A stretch of 63,942 nucleotides of DNA, filler included, from Lenisia limosa (Eukaryota > Protista > Breviatea), in assembly GCA_001655205.1 (NCBI GenBank). It is 15 parts of 15 records of this genome, joined end to end, with 100 filler letters (N's around TTAATTAATTAA, not from the genome) between each part and the next. Parts side by side here need not be neighbours in the genome. Positions count along the whole stretch, not along the records: positions 10,764 to 15,875 come from LPNZ01009755.1; positions 15,976 to 22,177 come from LPNZ01006945.1; positions 22,278 to 25,939 come from LPNZ01005172.1; positions 26,040 to 27,610 come from LPNZ01008061.1; 11 more parts are not named here. One strand, 5' to 3'. Below, in pieces: positions 12,911-26,218 of this stretch. The translations under genes were made by a program, and so were the position numbers. Below the pieces are notes generated by a model that saw nothing but the letters and a program-made list of their open reading frames with translations, did no database searches and was not told where the DNA came from. Positions within the stretch are counted from its first letter, which is position 1, and the number at the start of each line of letters is the position of its first letter.

Positions 12911-15748
12911 TCAGTTTTGGTCATATGTAGAAGCAGCGGGGTGTGGGCCATCCAGGTCAGTCTTCTGGAAACACNNNNNNNNNNNNNNNNNNNNNNNNNN
13001 NNNNNNNNNNNNNNNNNNNNNNNNNNNNNNNNNNNNNNNNNNNNNNNNNNNNNNNNNNNNNNNNNNNNNNNNNNNNNNNNNNNNNNNNNNNNNNNNNNNN
13101 NNNNNNNNNNNNNNNNNNNNNNNNNNNNNNNNNNNNNNNNNNNNNNNNNNGTGAACATTAGGGCAATTACAGTTTAGGTTGATGTTCAATCTACGATATC
13201 AGTACCGTACAACCCCCTTGACATGTTGTTACTCGGTTCGATATTTTCAAGCACAATTCATTTCCAGTGATCCGTACCTGTTGATATGATTCACGTGTAA
13301 GTTCTTCTTGGGTCTTGGTTTGTCAGATGTTTCGAGATACAAACGAGAAAATAAAGTGTCTGCGCTCTATTGTTGATTCAACGAATGTCGGGGGGGGGGG
13401 GGGNNNNNNNNNNNNNNNNNNNNNNNNNNNNNNNNNNNNNNNNNNNNNNNNNNNNNNNNNNNNNNNNNNNNNNNNNNNNNNNNNNNNNNNNNNNNNNCCC
13501 AAATACCCCCCTCCCATCCCAAAAAAAAACAGTACAAATACATCAGGCTATTATACAACATTTACATGTGGGAAGGAATGGGCTCAATACCTAATGACAT
13601 AATGGGAAATAAAATAAAAGCAAAAAATATTATAAATCAACAAAATAGGACAACATAAGCATAGAGTATCCCTCCCTCTCTCGATTTGCTTATTTTCCTC
13701 AAAAAAAATTTTTTTTTTAAAAAAAAAAGCAGGGCAAACCGTCAATAAGCTGCTCCTCTTCCACCTGGGTGACCATATCATTCAAATTCGGGGTAGTCAT
13801 CTGGAGAAATGTGGTTATGTTTGTAGATGAAACAATAAATCATAACCAACAACATCTCATAATATATATAGTTTATGCATATCAGATCCTGTATGTGGTA
13901 ATAAGAAGTAATGATGTACAGTACATAGTATAATATCTATTTTGTATGAAAAAGAGTAACTAGAAGGCATCTTGAAGAAGCCGTCCACATTTTTGATAGG
14001 TTACATCCATATACAAATATATCATACATGTAATATGTATGAAGTATAGGTCTGAACACAGAGTGACTATGGAGCCTTGATCGAAATAAATCTACTCTTT
14101 CTGAAAAATCGGGCAAGACTAACCATGTTCCAGGTACATCTCATATATTGATATGCCCTACATATTGATACCACATACAGGATCATTCCTTCCCACATGT
14201 AAATGTTGTATAATATGCATAAACTATATACTATTATGATAACCTATCACAGAGATGAGAAATAAAACAAGGTTGTATCTGGCCAAAGCCGTCCATACCC
14301 TCATCACGCTTATATTTAGAGATGATAAATGAAAACAAGGTTGTATTTGGCCGAAGCGGTCAATACACATTCATCTCTACACACACTGACAATAATATAC
14401 CAAGTCACAATGATATTGAGCCGAGTAAGGACTTCTATTTTTTTATCTTTTTGCTCCAAAAGTACCCTCTTACCCCTGCAGGCGTTTCAGTGAGCGGAAA
14501 TTCGGAAGTTGACTTCTGGGGACATTATCACAGTTAAGATCAGAATAAACACTCAACGAAAAAAAATAAAAAAAGTGCAATAAAAGACGAGCAAAAAACA
14601 GCAATTAAAAAAGTTTCACTGAAGATAGAACTTATCCCTTGTGCTTGGGTAACCCCCCCCCTATACTTACGTACTTATTTGTTTGTCCCGATTTTTACTG
14701 TAATATATCAGTTAGTAATAATAAAAAAAATAAGAATGACACCCCCCCTCACTTCCGGTTCGATAACAACGGGCGGCTGGCGGTAAACGTTTTCCACTTT
14801 CACGCGCTACATTGTCAAGAAAAACAAAAACAAAAGACTACAAATACACTTGCATGCGATATAATCAAAAAACAAAAAAAAGAGACTACAAATACTCNNN
14901 NNNNNNNNNNNNNNNNNNNNNNNNNNNNNNNNNNNNNNNNNNNNNNNNNNNNNNNNNNNNNNNNNNNNNNNNNNNNNNNNNNNNNNNNTTCTAAAAAAAA
15001 CTGAATTTCTCGATATATCCTCGAAAACTTTCGATGTTTTTCCGAACCGAAGTGAAGCCCTAATTATGGTCCCTGTTAACCCATTAAAATAATCCTTAGC
15101 AAGAATACCCTATCCCCTCAACATGGGCAATATCGCTGTCGATTTTCCTTCGAATGGCAGAGATCTCCACGTCCTCATCACTATTGAGGTTTCTTGTGAC
15201 AAGAGCAAATTTAACCTGAAAGATGAGGTTAATTTCTCCGTTTTGCAAGATATGAAATTAAGAATGAAAACAACAATTACGACAAGCCTCCCACTTTTCT
15301 TGTGCGCTCCGACAGAGGGCCCTCAATATGCCCGGTGTATGAGATCCACTTTGAATTCAGCAACCGAATGTCTCTACATTGGTAAAATATGGTAAAATGA
15401 AACATATGGTAAAATATTTAGAAATGAGAAATATCTGACTGGTTGTGTTTTACTTCGGTTCGATCTGGTAATTACTGAACCAGAAATGAAACACTACTCA
15501 CACTGTTTTTGTCTAATTATCCACATACAGCATATGATATGTATATTTTCTCACCTCCCCACTTCACCACNNNNNNNNNNNNNNNNNNNNNNNNNNNNNN
15601 NNNNNNNNNNNNNNNNNNNNNNNNNNNNNNNNNNNNNNNNNNNNNNNNNNNNNNNNNNNNNNNNNNNNNNNNNNNNNNNNNNNNNNNNNNNNNNNNNNNN
15701 NNNNNNNNNNNNNNNNGCTCTTTCATTGTCCACTCCTTGCTGGTTCAT
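12911..15748 (-). CDS. Multi-exon gene of unknown function (partial)
   Basis: A series of AG/GT-bounded open segments on the minus strand, for example DIRLLNSKWISYTGHIEGPLSERTRK, NLNSDEDVEISAIRRKIDSDIAHVE, RVKVENVYRQPPVVIEPE and KTDLDGPHPAASTYDQN*. No family recognised; exon phases not fully verified. Confidence 0.35.
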
Positions 15749-16049
15749 TCTGGAGGAGGGGCGTAATTGGAAAATCTATGTAACAAAAAAAAGCCCAAAA
15801 TCAACTTGATTGGCTGATAACACACGAGGGTTGATAATAACAAAACAAACAAAGCCCATGCCCGTCGCTTGAGGGNNNNNNNNNNNNNNNNNNNNNNNNN
15901 NNNNNNNNNNNNNNNNNNNTTAATTAATTAANNNNNNNNNNNNNNNNNNNNNNNNNNNNNNNNNNNNNNNNNNNNTTTATCACATTACAATCTTAATACA
16001 TCAGGGTGCACTCACCTTCTAATACTGCTTCACCTTGGATACAAAAATG

Positions 16050-19000
16050 ATATTCAGAAGCTCCAAGAAGGCCGGAACAGCACTATATCCATGAGTGCCT
16101 AACACACAAACAAATCCTTCTCTGCCTTTTAGCCGCGCAACAACACTGTTCCTCAAACCTTTTAACGACTCAGCAAAGAGTATAGCACTTAATGACACAA
16201 CCCTCCAGCATTCTCACAANNNNNNNNNNNNNNNNNNNNNNNNNNNNNNNNNNNNNNNNNNNNNNNNNNNNNNNNNNNNNNNNNNNNNNNNNNNNNNNNN
16301 NNNNNNNNNNNNNNNNNNNNNNNNNNNNNNNNNNNNNNNNNNNNNNNNNNNNNNNNGGTCTACAATGAAGAACGAAAGCAGCAAAACGCCCGCACAATGA
16401 GCCACCGAATCTGTTGAGTCATAAAGGTGATATTTTGGATCCACAATATAATCGATACAACGCGAATCCATTTTGAAGAATTCAGTACATTGATACTGAG
16501 CCTACGCGAATCCATTTTGAAGAATTCAGTACATTGATACTGAGCCTACATAATGTGTTGTTGAAGTTGCTGAAGAGGGAGAACCCAGCCATCAGCCCCA
16601 ACATTTCAATGAAAAGACAAATCGCTGACAGTACCAGCGCCGTTGTGATCCTGCTCAATGAGAGGCAACCCTATAACGGATTTTTTGTCATTTAACACAA
16701 GGTAGATAATATGCATCAACAGTGACAATATTTCAATTCTACAAAAATGAATCTCCAAGCTAGTTGACATCAGAATACTACCAAGCTCACTCGTAATTGT
16801 AGCTGTCATACTGGTCCGAAGTGTAGTCCACGGGTATGGACGCCTTGATGTTGTCCTCCTGAAACAGTTAGCACTCGGGGGAGGGGGGGGGTAGATTGCT
16901 ATATGGCTTACTTTTGCATGGAGAACCATAGAAAACATTAGGATATGGCATATTGTCAGAAGAAAGCGAGCAGGGATCAGAATATTTGAGACTGGGGTGA
17001 TCATCTTTCTTATCCCCCCCAATTATTTCTTCTTCTCCTAAACTTCTAAACGCAGTATAACGCAGTCTGGTGGTTCTTAAAGTCTTTTGTTCAAACGTTC
17101 TTAACGGTCTTAGGGGGGAGCACAGTAATACCTTTAAATAATGTAACTAATGTAAACCCCGTTGGTGTGCCATATCCCCCCCCCCCCTTNNNNNNNNNNN
17201 NNNNNNNNNNNNNNNNNNNNNNNNNNNNNNNNNNNNNNNNNNNNNNNNNNNNNNNNNNNNNNNNNNNNNNNNNNNNNNNNNNNNNNNNNNNNNNNNNNNN
17301 NNNNNNNNNNNNNNNNNNNNNNNCAAACTTATGTGCACTGACCTCCGAATTCTCGCAGTGACAGCTTGAACTTCGTTTCGCTGTTGAGAGAAAGTTAGTG
17401 ACCAACAATAGTGAATGAAAAGAATACCAAGCATTTGATCTGATTCAATATCACCCTTTAGAGACCGAAATGGGGTACACTCTTCGACTTATCACTAAAA
17501 ACCTCTTGGCTGATCATGTGGGAGGGAGGGAGAAAGGAAACCTGTCCATATTGAAACGCAGACACTATTTGAATATTCGCTTTTCTCTGATCTTGCCACA
17601 TCCCCCCATTTTCCCTTCTCAGAGGTCTTATAGAAAGAGTAAAAAGAGGTCTTATAGAAACAGTACAAATGGGTAGAACAATTATGTCATGATCATACAA
17701 AATAAATAAACTGCTGAAACTGTTTTTTCATTTTGCTTAAGGCGCAGGGTAGTTTTTCGTATAAAACAGCCCTGACACGGAAATTCTAAAAATGGGTGAA
17801 AATTGCCTGGAATATGCCTAACCGAGGCTATATGAGGCTAATACTACAATATATCGACGATGAGTAGGTGTTGGTTTTGCATAGTCACTTATATTATTCA
17901 AATTCCTCAAATATCGTGTTTAAACCACAAAAAGGTGAAAAAAAAAGCGAAGACCAAAAACGTCTAAATTTACCTCGGAAGTCGAGAAAATGGGCATTTT
18001 CACGTTTTTCTACCGACGCTACAAAAAATTACCCTGCGGAATTACCCCGAAGGGTCTTTTTAATTACTTACCACACTTTATTTTTTTCCAAAATCAAAAA
18101 AAGGACTGAACCACCTTTACCGTTTCAGATGCGGCGGGAGTGTGAGGCGGTTATTGGGGACTTTAGCGTGTGCGGCCATCGAAGCTCCAACCACTCAGGA
18201 AAGGAGGTGTAAAAACTCCCAGTCGCCGCCTTAAGCGCAGACAGCACGAATGTAGGGTTCTCGATTGAGGCTTGTGCTCACCCTTTCAGATCCTGCTAGT
18301 TTCCAATTCGCTGACCCGCTGGAAGTTCCCTCTCAATTCCAAAGGGCGTTATTGCAGTCGAAAACGTACCCACCGCCAGTTGTTAATACACAAAATGCAT
18401 ATCAAAAACATCAACATAATAATAATAACAAAAATTAGATAGAGGTGGGGGTGCTGATGGTGGTCAACACTCTATCCGCGATGTCAGAAACTACTGGTCA
18501 GAAGTGGTCCAAAAAGGGTACGGCGCATCAACTTGGGATCCCCTTGTATTATTCAGGAATCCCATAAATTTCTTCCGATTACCAGATAGTTTCATTCGTT
18601 GAAGCAAGACGCCCCCCCCCACCCAAAGAAGCCTCGATTGTTTTGGAGAAGAGGTAGTGCAGGTGTTTCCGNNNNNNNNNNNNNNNNNNNNNNNNNNNNN
18701 NNNNNNNNNNNNNNNNNNNNNNNNNNNNNNNNNNNNNNNNNNNNNNNNNNNNNNNNNNNNNNNNNNNNNNNNNNNNNNNNNNNNNNNNNNNNNNNNNNNN
18801 NNNNNNNNNAGCATGTGGATAAAGCGGGATGGCAACGTGAGAAGAAGCATGTGGATAATAAGCGGCATGCTTCGGTGACAACATGGGGAATGCAAGCAGC
18901 CAAGGCGACAAGACCCTCTCACCGGCCAAGGCGACCAGAGCGCTTTCGAAGAGGCTTGAAGCAGCACTCTCTGATTGGAAAACGCCAACACCAAGGAACA

Positions 19001-22000
19001 CAAACGCGACAATGAGGATGAGGATGAGGGTGGCTACTGAGACCCTTGACAGAATCTAAACTGTCAAAACTGCACATTACAACTAGGGCTTCACTTCGGT
19101 TCGAAAAATACCGGTAAAATATCGATAGTTTTTGAACCGAAGTGAAGCCCTAATTACAACACGTCGATACGCAATTGTTGGCTCACCTGGAGCGGAGTCA
19201 CGCCAAAGACTGCTTTGATTTGTCGCTTCAGTGCTAAAGTGTGAGAATAATTCACCACATATCCCCCCACTCTGCCTTGCCTCGTGTTCATATCCCCCCA
19301 CTCTGCCTTGCCTCGTGTTCACAAAGTTCTCTCAACTGCCGGTCCGACACAGAACTTTGACCAGCACGACTACGAACTTCATCCATCGCAGACGACACCA
19401 GTCGAACGTAGCCCTGTACGTGAGTGGAGAGCGTTATGTAGTTGGTTCATTGTAGACCCTCCGCACCATGTTGATGACTTCTTCGGCAGCATTGACCATT
19501 TTCTTGCCATCTTCCACTAGGTCCACAGCCTTGCCAAGGAAAATGTCCAAAGTCCTGTTGACCTGAGGGTTAGAACAGCCAGGAAGAACCAACCTCGTCA
19601 GCTTGCGATATGACCTGATTGACAAAGGTCTGGCTCGACTGAAGGACAGGCTGGATGGTCAAAAGTCGAGCTACACTTTCGGTTCCAAAAGACTGACAAA
19701 ATATCGATATTTATCGAGGATTTATCGAGAATTCAGTCTTTTCTGGAACTGAAAGTGAAGATCTAGTCAAAAGGCATGTAGAAGACAAGTCTGAAATTGC
19801 AGCAGCAGCTGCGCTTACTTGGCCACCCCCACCTGAATGACTGCTTTGGTAAGTTCGGACTGGATGGTGGCGGCAGACTTCTGTATTGTCCTTGGCAGAT
19901 CGGAGACCAAACCACTCGGAAGCGTCAGCAAGGTCCGCTTGATCTGAAATGTTATGTGGGGGTCCTCTTGATCTGAAATGTTATGTGGGGGTCTTCAATG
20001 GGAAAGTTCATGGAGAAAGATGCCTTAATAGTGTTTCATTAATGTTGCATTAGGGCTTTACTCTCGGGAATATATCGATATTATTCGAGGGTTTATCGAG
20101 CAATAGTCCATTTTCGGATCGAGATGAAGCCCTATGTATGATAAGTCATATAGTTTAGTAGTATTAAATCATATGGACCTCTGGGTGTTATGGTTTCCTT
20201 AGGGTAACAAAACCTCTCAAACAAGGTTCGAGGCATCGCTGGAATGGAGCCCTATTCTACCCGCACATTTGGCCAAACACTCAGTTGTCCGCTCTATATC
20301 GTAACACAATGCACTTAATCTGGATAACCAACCAAGAGGCAGGCCACTCAGGATGGTGATGACGACGTCGGTGGGGTCTTGGAGGGCTATTGCTCGGATA
20401 AACGGTCTAAATGGCCGTAACACTTCAGTACTTCATGCAACAAAACAAGACGTACTTGGTAATGTAGGGGGCGTTGTGGACCAATTCACCGACGAATATA
20501 GCAGCCAAGTCCTGAGGGGACAATAACCCATCAAATCTGCCGCTGGGCTGGTCTGAGCAGGTCACGGCAGTGTGTATTCATATCATACTATATGTGTGGG
20601 TTCATATTTATGCTGAGACATTCCTGGTTGCTCACAAGTAAAAGTGAGTTATCTTTGTAATAAATGCCCCAATGAGCAGAGAAACCATTTGAGTCCCACT
20701 TAGGAATTGTGCGACAATGTGAGCGCCATTGACATCGGCTGATCCGCCGAGACCAACAAGATGTCTTGCCTTATATGGTAAGTGTTGTTAAGTCCTGGAA
20801 AATGAATATCCATTCAAGGTATACGGGCCATGTTCCAATGAAAAAAGAAGAGAAAATGACAAACTTTCTAAATAAGGAAGGTCCGACTAATTACGCTACC
20901 GTTCGACTAATTAGCGAACATAGCCGCACCCCCCACAATGTTCTTGACGCGAAGCGCTGTTTGTTTGGATTGCTCATTATGCGGCTTGATCACTTCACCA
21001 ACCCATCTTGAGATCTGAATATGACAAGTTAGAACTCATCTTCCACCAATGGCACCTTTTTACAGAATATGTATGACTCACAGATATGAAGCAGCAAAAC
21101 CCCTGTAAACCTTTTGGGTCAAATCCTCTGGACTAGCCCCCGCAACGATTTTGTTCAGGGCTGCCTGCACGATGTCTGCGATCCATGTGGTGGGAACCGA
21201 TGCTGGCGTACTTTTGTTGAACTCACCCGCAGGAACAGCGAAGGGAACCTGGTCAAGGTGATGAGGTAAAGGGGTACGGGGGCTCTATTAATGGCGATAT
21301 GACGGCTTGAATACTCCCATCCCACAGAGGATTGTTGTGAGTGCAGGACAGAGCGCGTGATACGACGTGAAGATCTGTTGCGCCTGTGCGCATGCCGGCT
21401 TGGAGGTCGCACCATTTCCTCTGTCAAGGTTAATATATCACCGTTGTGAGGTTCACCCCAAACCTTTGGTAGATTGCCGTGTGAAGAACTGGGTGGTGAG
21501 ATGGTATCAAGTGAAGGTCTAAGCAAAATGCCGGATATTGCACGAGTAACTTCCAGGTGTTGTTGCCTGATTGCCCAGCCCCCCCACCTTGCTTGTATAG
21601 GACACAACATTCTGAGACCAAGATTTGTTGCTGCTTTTCTAGAGTGTTAGTGGTACGCTGTGCGAACAGCTCTTTCTCACCGGGAATGACGGGGCGTCAG
21701 TAGTACAAATAGACGAGTCCACGACCACGGATACATCCTAATGCGTCAAAGCAACATTGTAAAGACGGACAGAAACCGGGATTCACCTCTTTGGCTCGTT
21801 CGTACGACGAAACCGGAACGCTGTGGGTATGGCATAACGATGCAACCGCAGAATCCGATGTCGCCTTCCCAAGTGCGCTGCCTGGAGGGGGTGAAATGGA
21901 GCTCTGAGATGAACTCACCCATAAAATATAGAACGGCCTTAGAACCCAACATACACCACGAAACAGGGTTCATCGTCGAAAGTACTTCCTTGAGTTTCTG

Positions 22001-22177
22001 CGGTGTCGCTTGGTATTTGTTCAGAATCGACTCCATCTCCAGAGGGACCTGAAGCCATAAGACGTATCGCCGAGAGCCAACCACTTGGAGGATGCCAGCG
22101 ACAAGGGTGACAACACACTGGTCGGTTTCAGGCGCCCGGGGCCCCTCATCGAACCATGTCTCGTACTTTAGTAAGTT
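16050..22177 (-). CDS. Multi-exon gene, long soluble helical region followed by hydrophobic (likely transmembrane) segments; family not recognised, may be more than one gene
   Basis: Joinable minus-strand exons include PVLQSSQTFVNQVISQADE|VNRTLDIFLGKAVDLVEDGKKMVNAAEEVINM, LKRQIKAVFGVTPLQ|ILSRVSVATLILILIVAFVFLGVGVFQSESAASSLFESALVALA and ITTALVLSAICLFIE, with canonical splice sites and CTAAC-type branch motifs. Confidence 0.55.
19084..19152. mobile_element. hAT-like MITE family A, internally deleted copy with perfect 8-bp TSD
   Basis: TIRs TAGGGCTTCACTTCGGTTC...GAACCGAAGTGAAGCCCTA; ATTACAAC on both flanks (19076-83, 19153-60). Confidence 0.9.
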
Positions 22178-22285
22178 NNNNNNNNNNNNNNNNNNNNNNN
22201 NNNNNNNNNNNNNNNNNNNNNTTAATTAATTAANNNNNNNNNNNNNNNNNNNNNNNNNNNNNNNNNNNNNNNNNNNNCCCCTTAC

Positions 22286-23064
22286 TCTTGGCGCGGATAA
22301 CGGAGGCACGGCCACGACCGGCACCACCACTGGTCTTGTTGAACATGGGGGCGTTCTTGAGCATGTCCGGCACAACAAACATACGTACGTGAGACCCGCG
22401 GAGGTAGCACTAAATGCATTAAAACAAGGCCTTCAAAGACTCTTGTGGGGGAAATAACGAGAAAATCAAGAATTGAGCAAAAACAAAAGTAGCCAAGAAC
22501 TTGAAACCAAAAAAATGTATTATTCAGACGTATACCACTAAAAGTGCAATATCCCTTGCGTAAAGGGAAAAACAGTCGCAAAATAGTTGTCACGTTGAAA
22601 AAAAGAGGAAGGGAAGATGAGCAAAGATCACAAAACCAACTCCTAAAGAATACAGTTTCCTCAGCTGTGAGCCTTTTGTATTACATAACATCCTCTTAAA
22701 GCCAACTGCAGTACCGCCTTACCTGCTCAAGACCTGAGACGCGACCATCTCTTGAAGTGTGTGTAATATGCGACATGGTGACATTCATGTTATCCTCAGC
22801 CTGGATCAATGTACCTCTGTAAAGCTCTCCTAAAAGAGGGTAAGAGTCAGGGGAGGGTCTTTAGCAGAGATCGTGAAAAGAAAAATAAGCTTAAATCGCC
22901 CAATTGGTCATTAATTCGTTACAACTACGAAACAAAAACAATTAGGTAGCGCTGTAGAGCTTGGACATGAGGAAAAGCAAACCTGATTTCATTTCAACAG
23001 TAATGATATGACCTTCGGTCTCATGAAGGAGCTTAACAGGTACACCAACGCCAGCCTTTGCCAT
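22286..23064 (-). CDS. SNRPD3: Small nuclear ribonucleoprotein Sm D3 (3' end truncated at scaffold edge)
   Basis: Exons 23064-22983, 22829-22723 and 22409-22286 give [104 protein letters not shown], with Sm1/Sm2 motifs and the diagnostic PDMLKNAPM. Confidence 0.95.
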
Positions 23065-24391
23065 TTTAGATCGATAGAGGAGTTTTTGAGAATTTTTTTC
23101 ACTTATATAGTTCCGCCGCCGGCATTAAAAGTCAATTTTTTTTCTCTCCAAATGACATGAATTGCTTTGTATACGAGATTTATAGGTGTTATATATTTGA
23201 AAAAAATAGCGAATCAGTCTATCAAGATGTGCTTGTGTTTTTAATCTGTAAAATAAGCCCTTTTATGACCTAATTACTGCGTATATTCAAAAATGGAAGT
23301 AGGACAGATCATTTACCAGATCAAACTAACGCTTTAGGGTTAGTCTTTGGTACTCTCCTTTGCTCAGGGAGGCTTTCTCGGGGCCTCCTCTGGCTCCATT
23401 TATTTAATTTGATATAAGAGCCTATATTTCAATATAAATTTTTAATTTTGCGCTTTCATTCACACTATCCAGAGCATCCTGCCATCGAGAAGGCCCGGTT
23501 TTTTGCTGCAGGTTTGAGGAGGGCAAGGAGCTATTATTGATTATTGGGGGATCATTATCCCTGTAGCCGGAAAATGGATTGGGACTCGGATAGAACATTT
23601 GCACTTGGATAATGGAAAAGGGCGTCTTTGTTGTTTGGAATCTTGAGGCTTACCTTGACCCCGTAATGCACAAGGGTTTCTTCATAGCACTGAGTACGAT
23701 ACATACTGTTTGATGTTGAGCTGTACACATTCTTGTTCATATTGAAACATCTTTTTGAGTATCATGGGCGAATACTATGTTTTGCAAACGGATAAAATCT
23801 TTTGGTTCTTTGTTCATATCGGACCGGTTTACTCGAGTAATATGGGTCGCCTTCATGATTATCACCGCGGTTCTTGGCCGCTGAGGGTTGAAAACTATTT
23901 TCGACACAAATATACGACTTCTCTTCATAAATCCCTCAAAATCCCGTTCAATTAGCCTCATTTAACACTTTTCTTGAGGCAAAGTCGTCGAACTTTTCGG
24001 TTCCAACATTTCCAACCCCCTGCGGGTTGCCTCCATAGTCATCACCGCGCCTTTGTTCTTATTTTTTTTTGAAAAAGAGAAATCGTAAACATTAGAAACC
24101 TGGGAAACAATTAACAACATTGCTATCTCCCTCTTTACTAATGGTTACGTTGGTTACATTAAATGGTTGTTTTTTTGTGATGGGATGCGGAGCAACAAAA
24201 GCGACAAAAGCGACTGTTCTTGGCTTTGTTTATTGTGTTGTTATCAACTCTCGTGTATTGTCAGCCAACNNNNNNNNNNNNNNNNNNNNNNNNNNNNNNN
24301 NTTTGTTTGGAGTTTCAGATTATTCGGTTCGTGATTAGTACCTTTACACCAAGATTCTTCATCGAAATTTCCTTTGTTTTACTCCCCGTAG

Positions 24392-25748
24392 CATCAAGGT
24401 CAGCAGCAGTGGAGTATGAAGAAGACGATGACGGGCTTGATGATATCGAAAGAGGGCTTCTGGAGCTGATTGTGGAACCCGACCGCGCAGCGTAAGTGGA
24501 GTGGCTTCTCTTGGGTTGTAAGGCAATTGATTGGGTGAATTATTTTTTTTACCCTTACAAGCGTTATCGGAGCTAATCTGCTGGGGTGGATGGTGTTTTC
24601 GCTTGCGGAATTATATGAAACAAACGACATTGACCTTTTTTAACTGCTGTAGAACCGTAGCCGCTCCAGCAAGATCGAGAACGGTACCTTGGACACTAAC
24701 TCCTTTTCATATCCACTCGTATGATAATTGACCGCAAGTCTCAATGATACTCTGAAACACTCGGGATAAACCCTCGTGTTATCTTCGTTCATCATTTCGA
24801 CTTGAAAGTCGGTCATATGATCATATCACTAGTGGATATGGATTAACATATCGACTCGAAAGTTATCATGTAAATTACCTGTCCTTATCCGACAAGTGAC
24901 TGAGTGAAAGAATGTTTCCATTTCATACCATATCATATTTGTCTTACGCTTTCACAGACACGACCACACAAATCTTCTGCGGGAGGATTAGGCAAGTATG
25001 GGGGTGGGGGTGGGAGGTCATGGTTGAGTATGACTTTCTCTTACCAGTTACCTAACCGCTTTAGTCATTTGTCGTATTTGAACTCAGAAGTAGCCCAAAT
25101 GAGGGAGTCAAGGATGCACAATGAGCCCCAAAATTCAGAAGAAACCAATGTTGGTGCCTTTGTAGCTTTATTGATGTGACTACTGTCTCTTATCCCAATG
25201 ATACTATGTAACAACAAAATCCTGAATTGTCATACGTTGACATCAAAAAACCATTTAGGATACTGTAGATATGAACATGTACTTTTCCAAATATTTTTTA
25301 CCTGATGCATACACTTACATGTTATTGCAGGTAATACAAGCTTTGGTGATTTGAAGTACAGTGTATATCGATGATTTGTCGATAAATTGTCATTTCCTGG
25401 AACGGGGTGGTCCAAATTAACACGTAAGGCTCAAGACGACGGCGATGTTTTGGTGGCGGTACGAGCAGCAAACGCAGAATGGCGAAGGCAGGAGCTTGAA
25501 GCACTACAGGCTAAAGTTGGGGGAGGGGGTGGAAGCATCCGGACTAAAGTGAGGGAAGCTAAAATTTGTCATGTGCTGGAGTCAATTAACTCATCCTCCC
25601 CCTTCACCCCCTCCCCTTTCTCAAACTCGCTCAATTTGTTTGTCAGGTTTTCAAAAGAGTTACACCCTAGGTTCGTCAGCAGAAAGAAGCGCAAAAACAC
25701 CGCGAACGCGCAGCGCAACGAAGGCTCAAACAAATCGAGGAGAAAAAG
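24392..25748 (+). CDS. Charged coiled-coil protein, exon fragments
   Basis: Exons read ASRSAAVEYEEDDDGLDDIERGLLELIVEPDRAA, ...AEWRRQELEALQAK and VRQQKEAQKHRERAAQRRLKQIEEKK, with GT-AG boundaries. No family recognised. Confidence 0.4.
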
Positions 25749-26218
25749 GTGGGCTAATAGAGAAGAATGATGGGCTAGTTGAGAGCAATGTGGGGAGGGG
25801 GGTTTTAGATAGAGAGTGAATGGGGGAGATGGGGAGTATGCTGGACGTAGAGAGTGTGTGTGATTGGAGAGTTTGACCAGGCTCAAGGCAAGAAATGATG
25901 GTCTGTTTCATGAGAAAGAAGGGGGGAGGGGGGGGGGGGNNNNNNNNNNNNNNNNNNNNNNNNNNNNNNNNNNNNNNNNNNNNTTAATTAATTAANNNNN
26001 NNNNNNNNNNNNNNNNNNNNNNNNNNNNNNNNNNNNNNNGGGTACCACACAGCCCTGGTTCCAGCATACGGGATACAGTGTCATCTCCATTCGGATGGTC
26101 GCGTTTGGAGGGAATTACAAGGTCACAGCCCTAAAATATGAGGTGAACTGAACTGAACTGAACTGAACGATTGGGCTTTTTTTTTTGAATAAATGCTGTT
26201 TTTGCAATTATAAACCAT

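Noticed and set aside
18886-19070. Plus-strand ORF MGNASSQGDK... with an N-myristoylation-like start
   Set aside because: It is the antisense of a better-supported minus-strand exon (ILSRVSVATLILILIVAFVF...) that joins its neighbours with canonical splice sites.
19457-19620. In-frame TAG readthrough or alternative genetic code on the plus strand
   Set aside because: The minus strand gives a clean spliced reading, and the complete E2-like gene and all recognised proteins translate with the standard code.
22655-22690. Extra SmD3 exon encoding KGSQLR
   Set aside because: It has no GT donor or in-frame acceptor, and the true motif (CYLRGSHVR) is encoded in exon 22409-22286. Chance resemblance within an intron.
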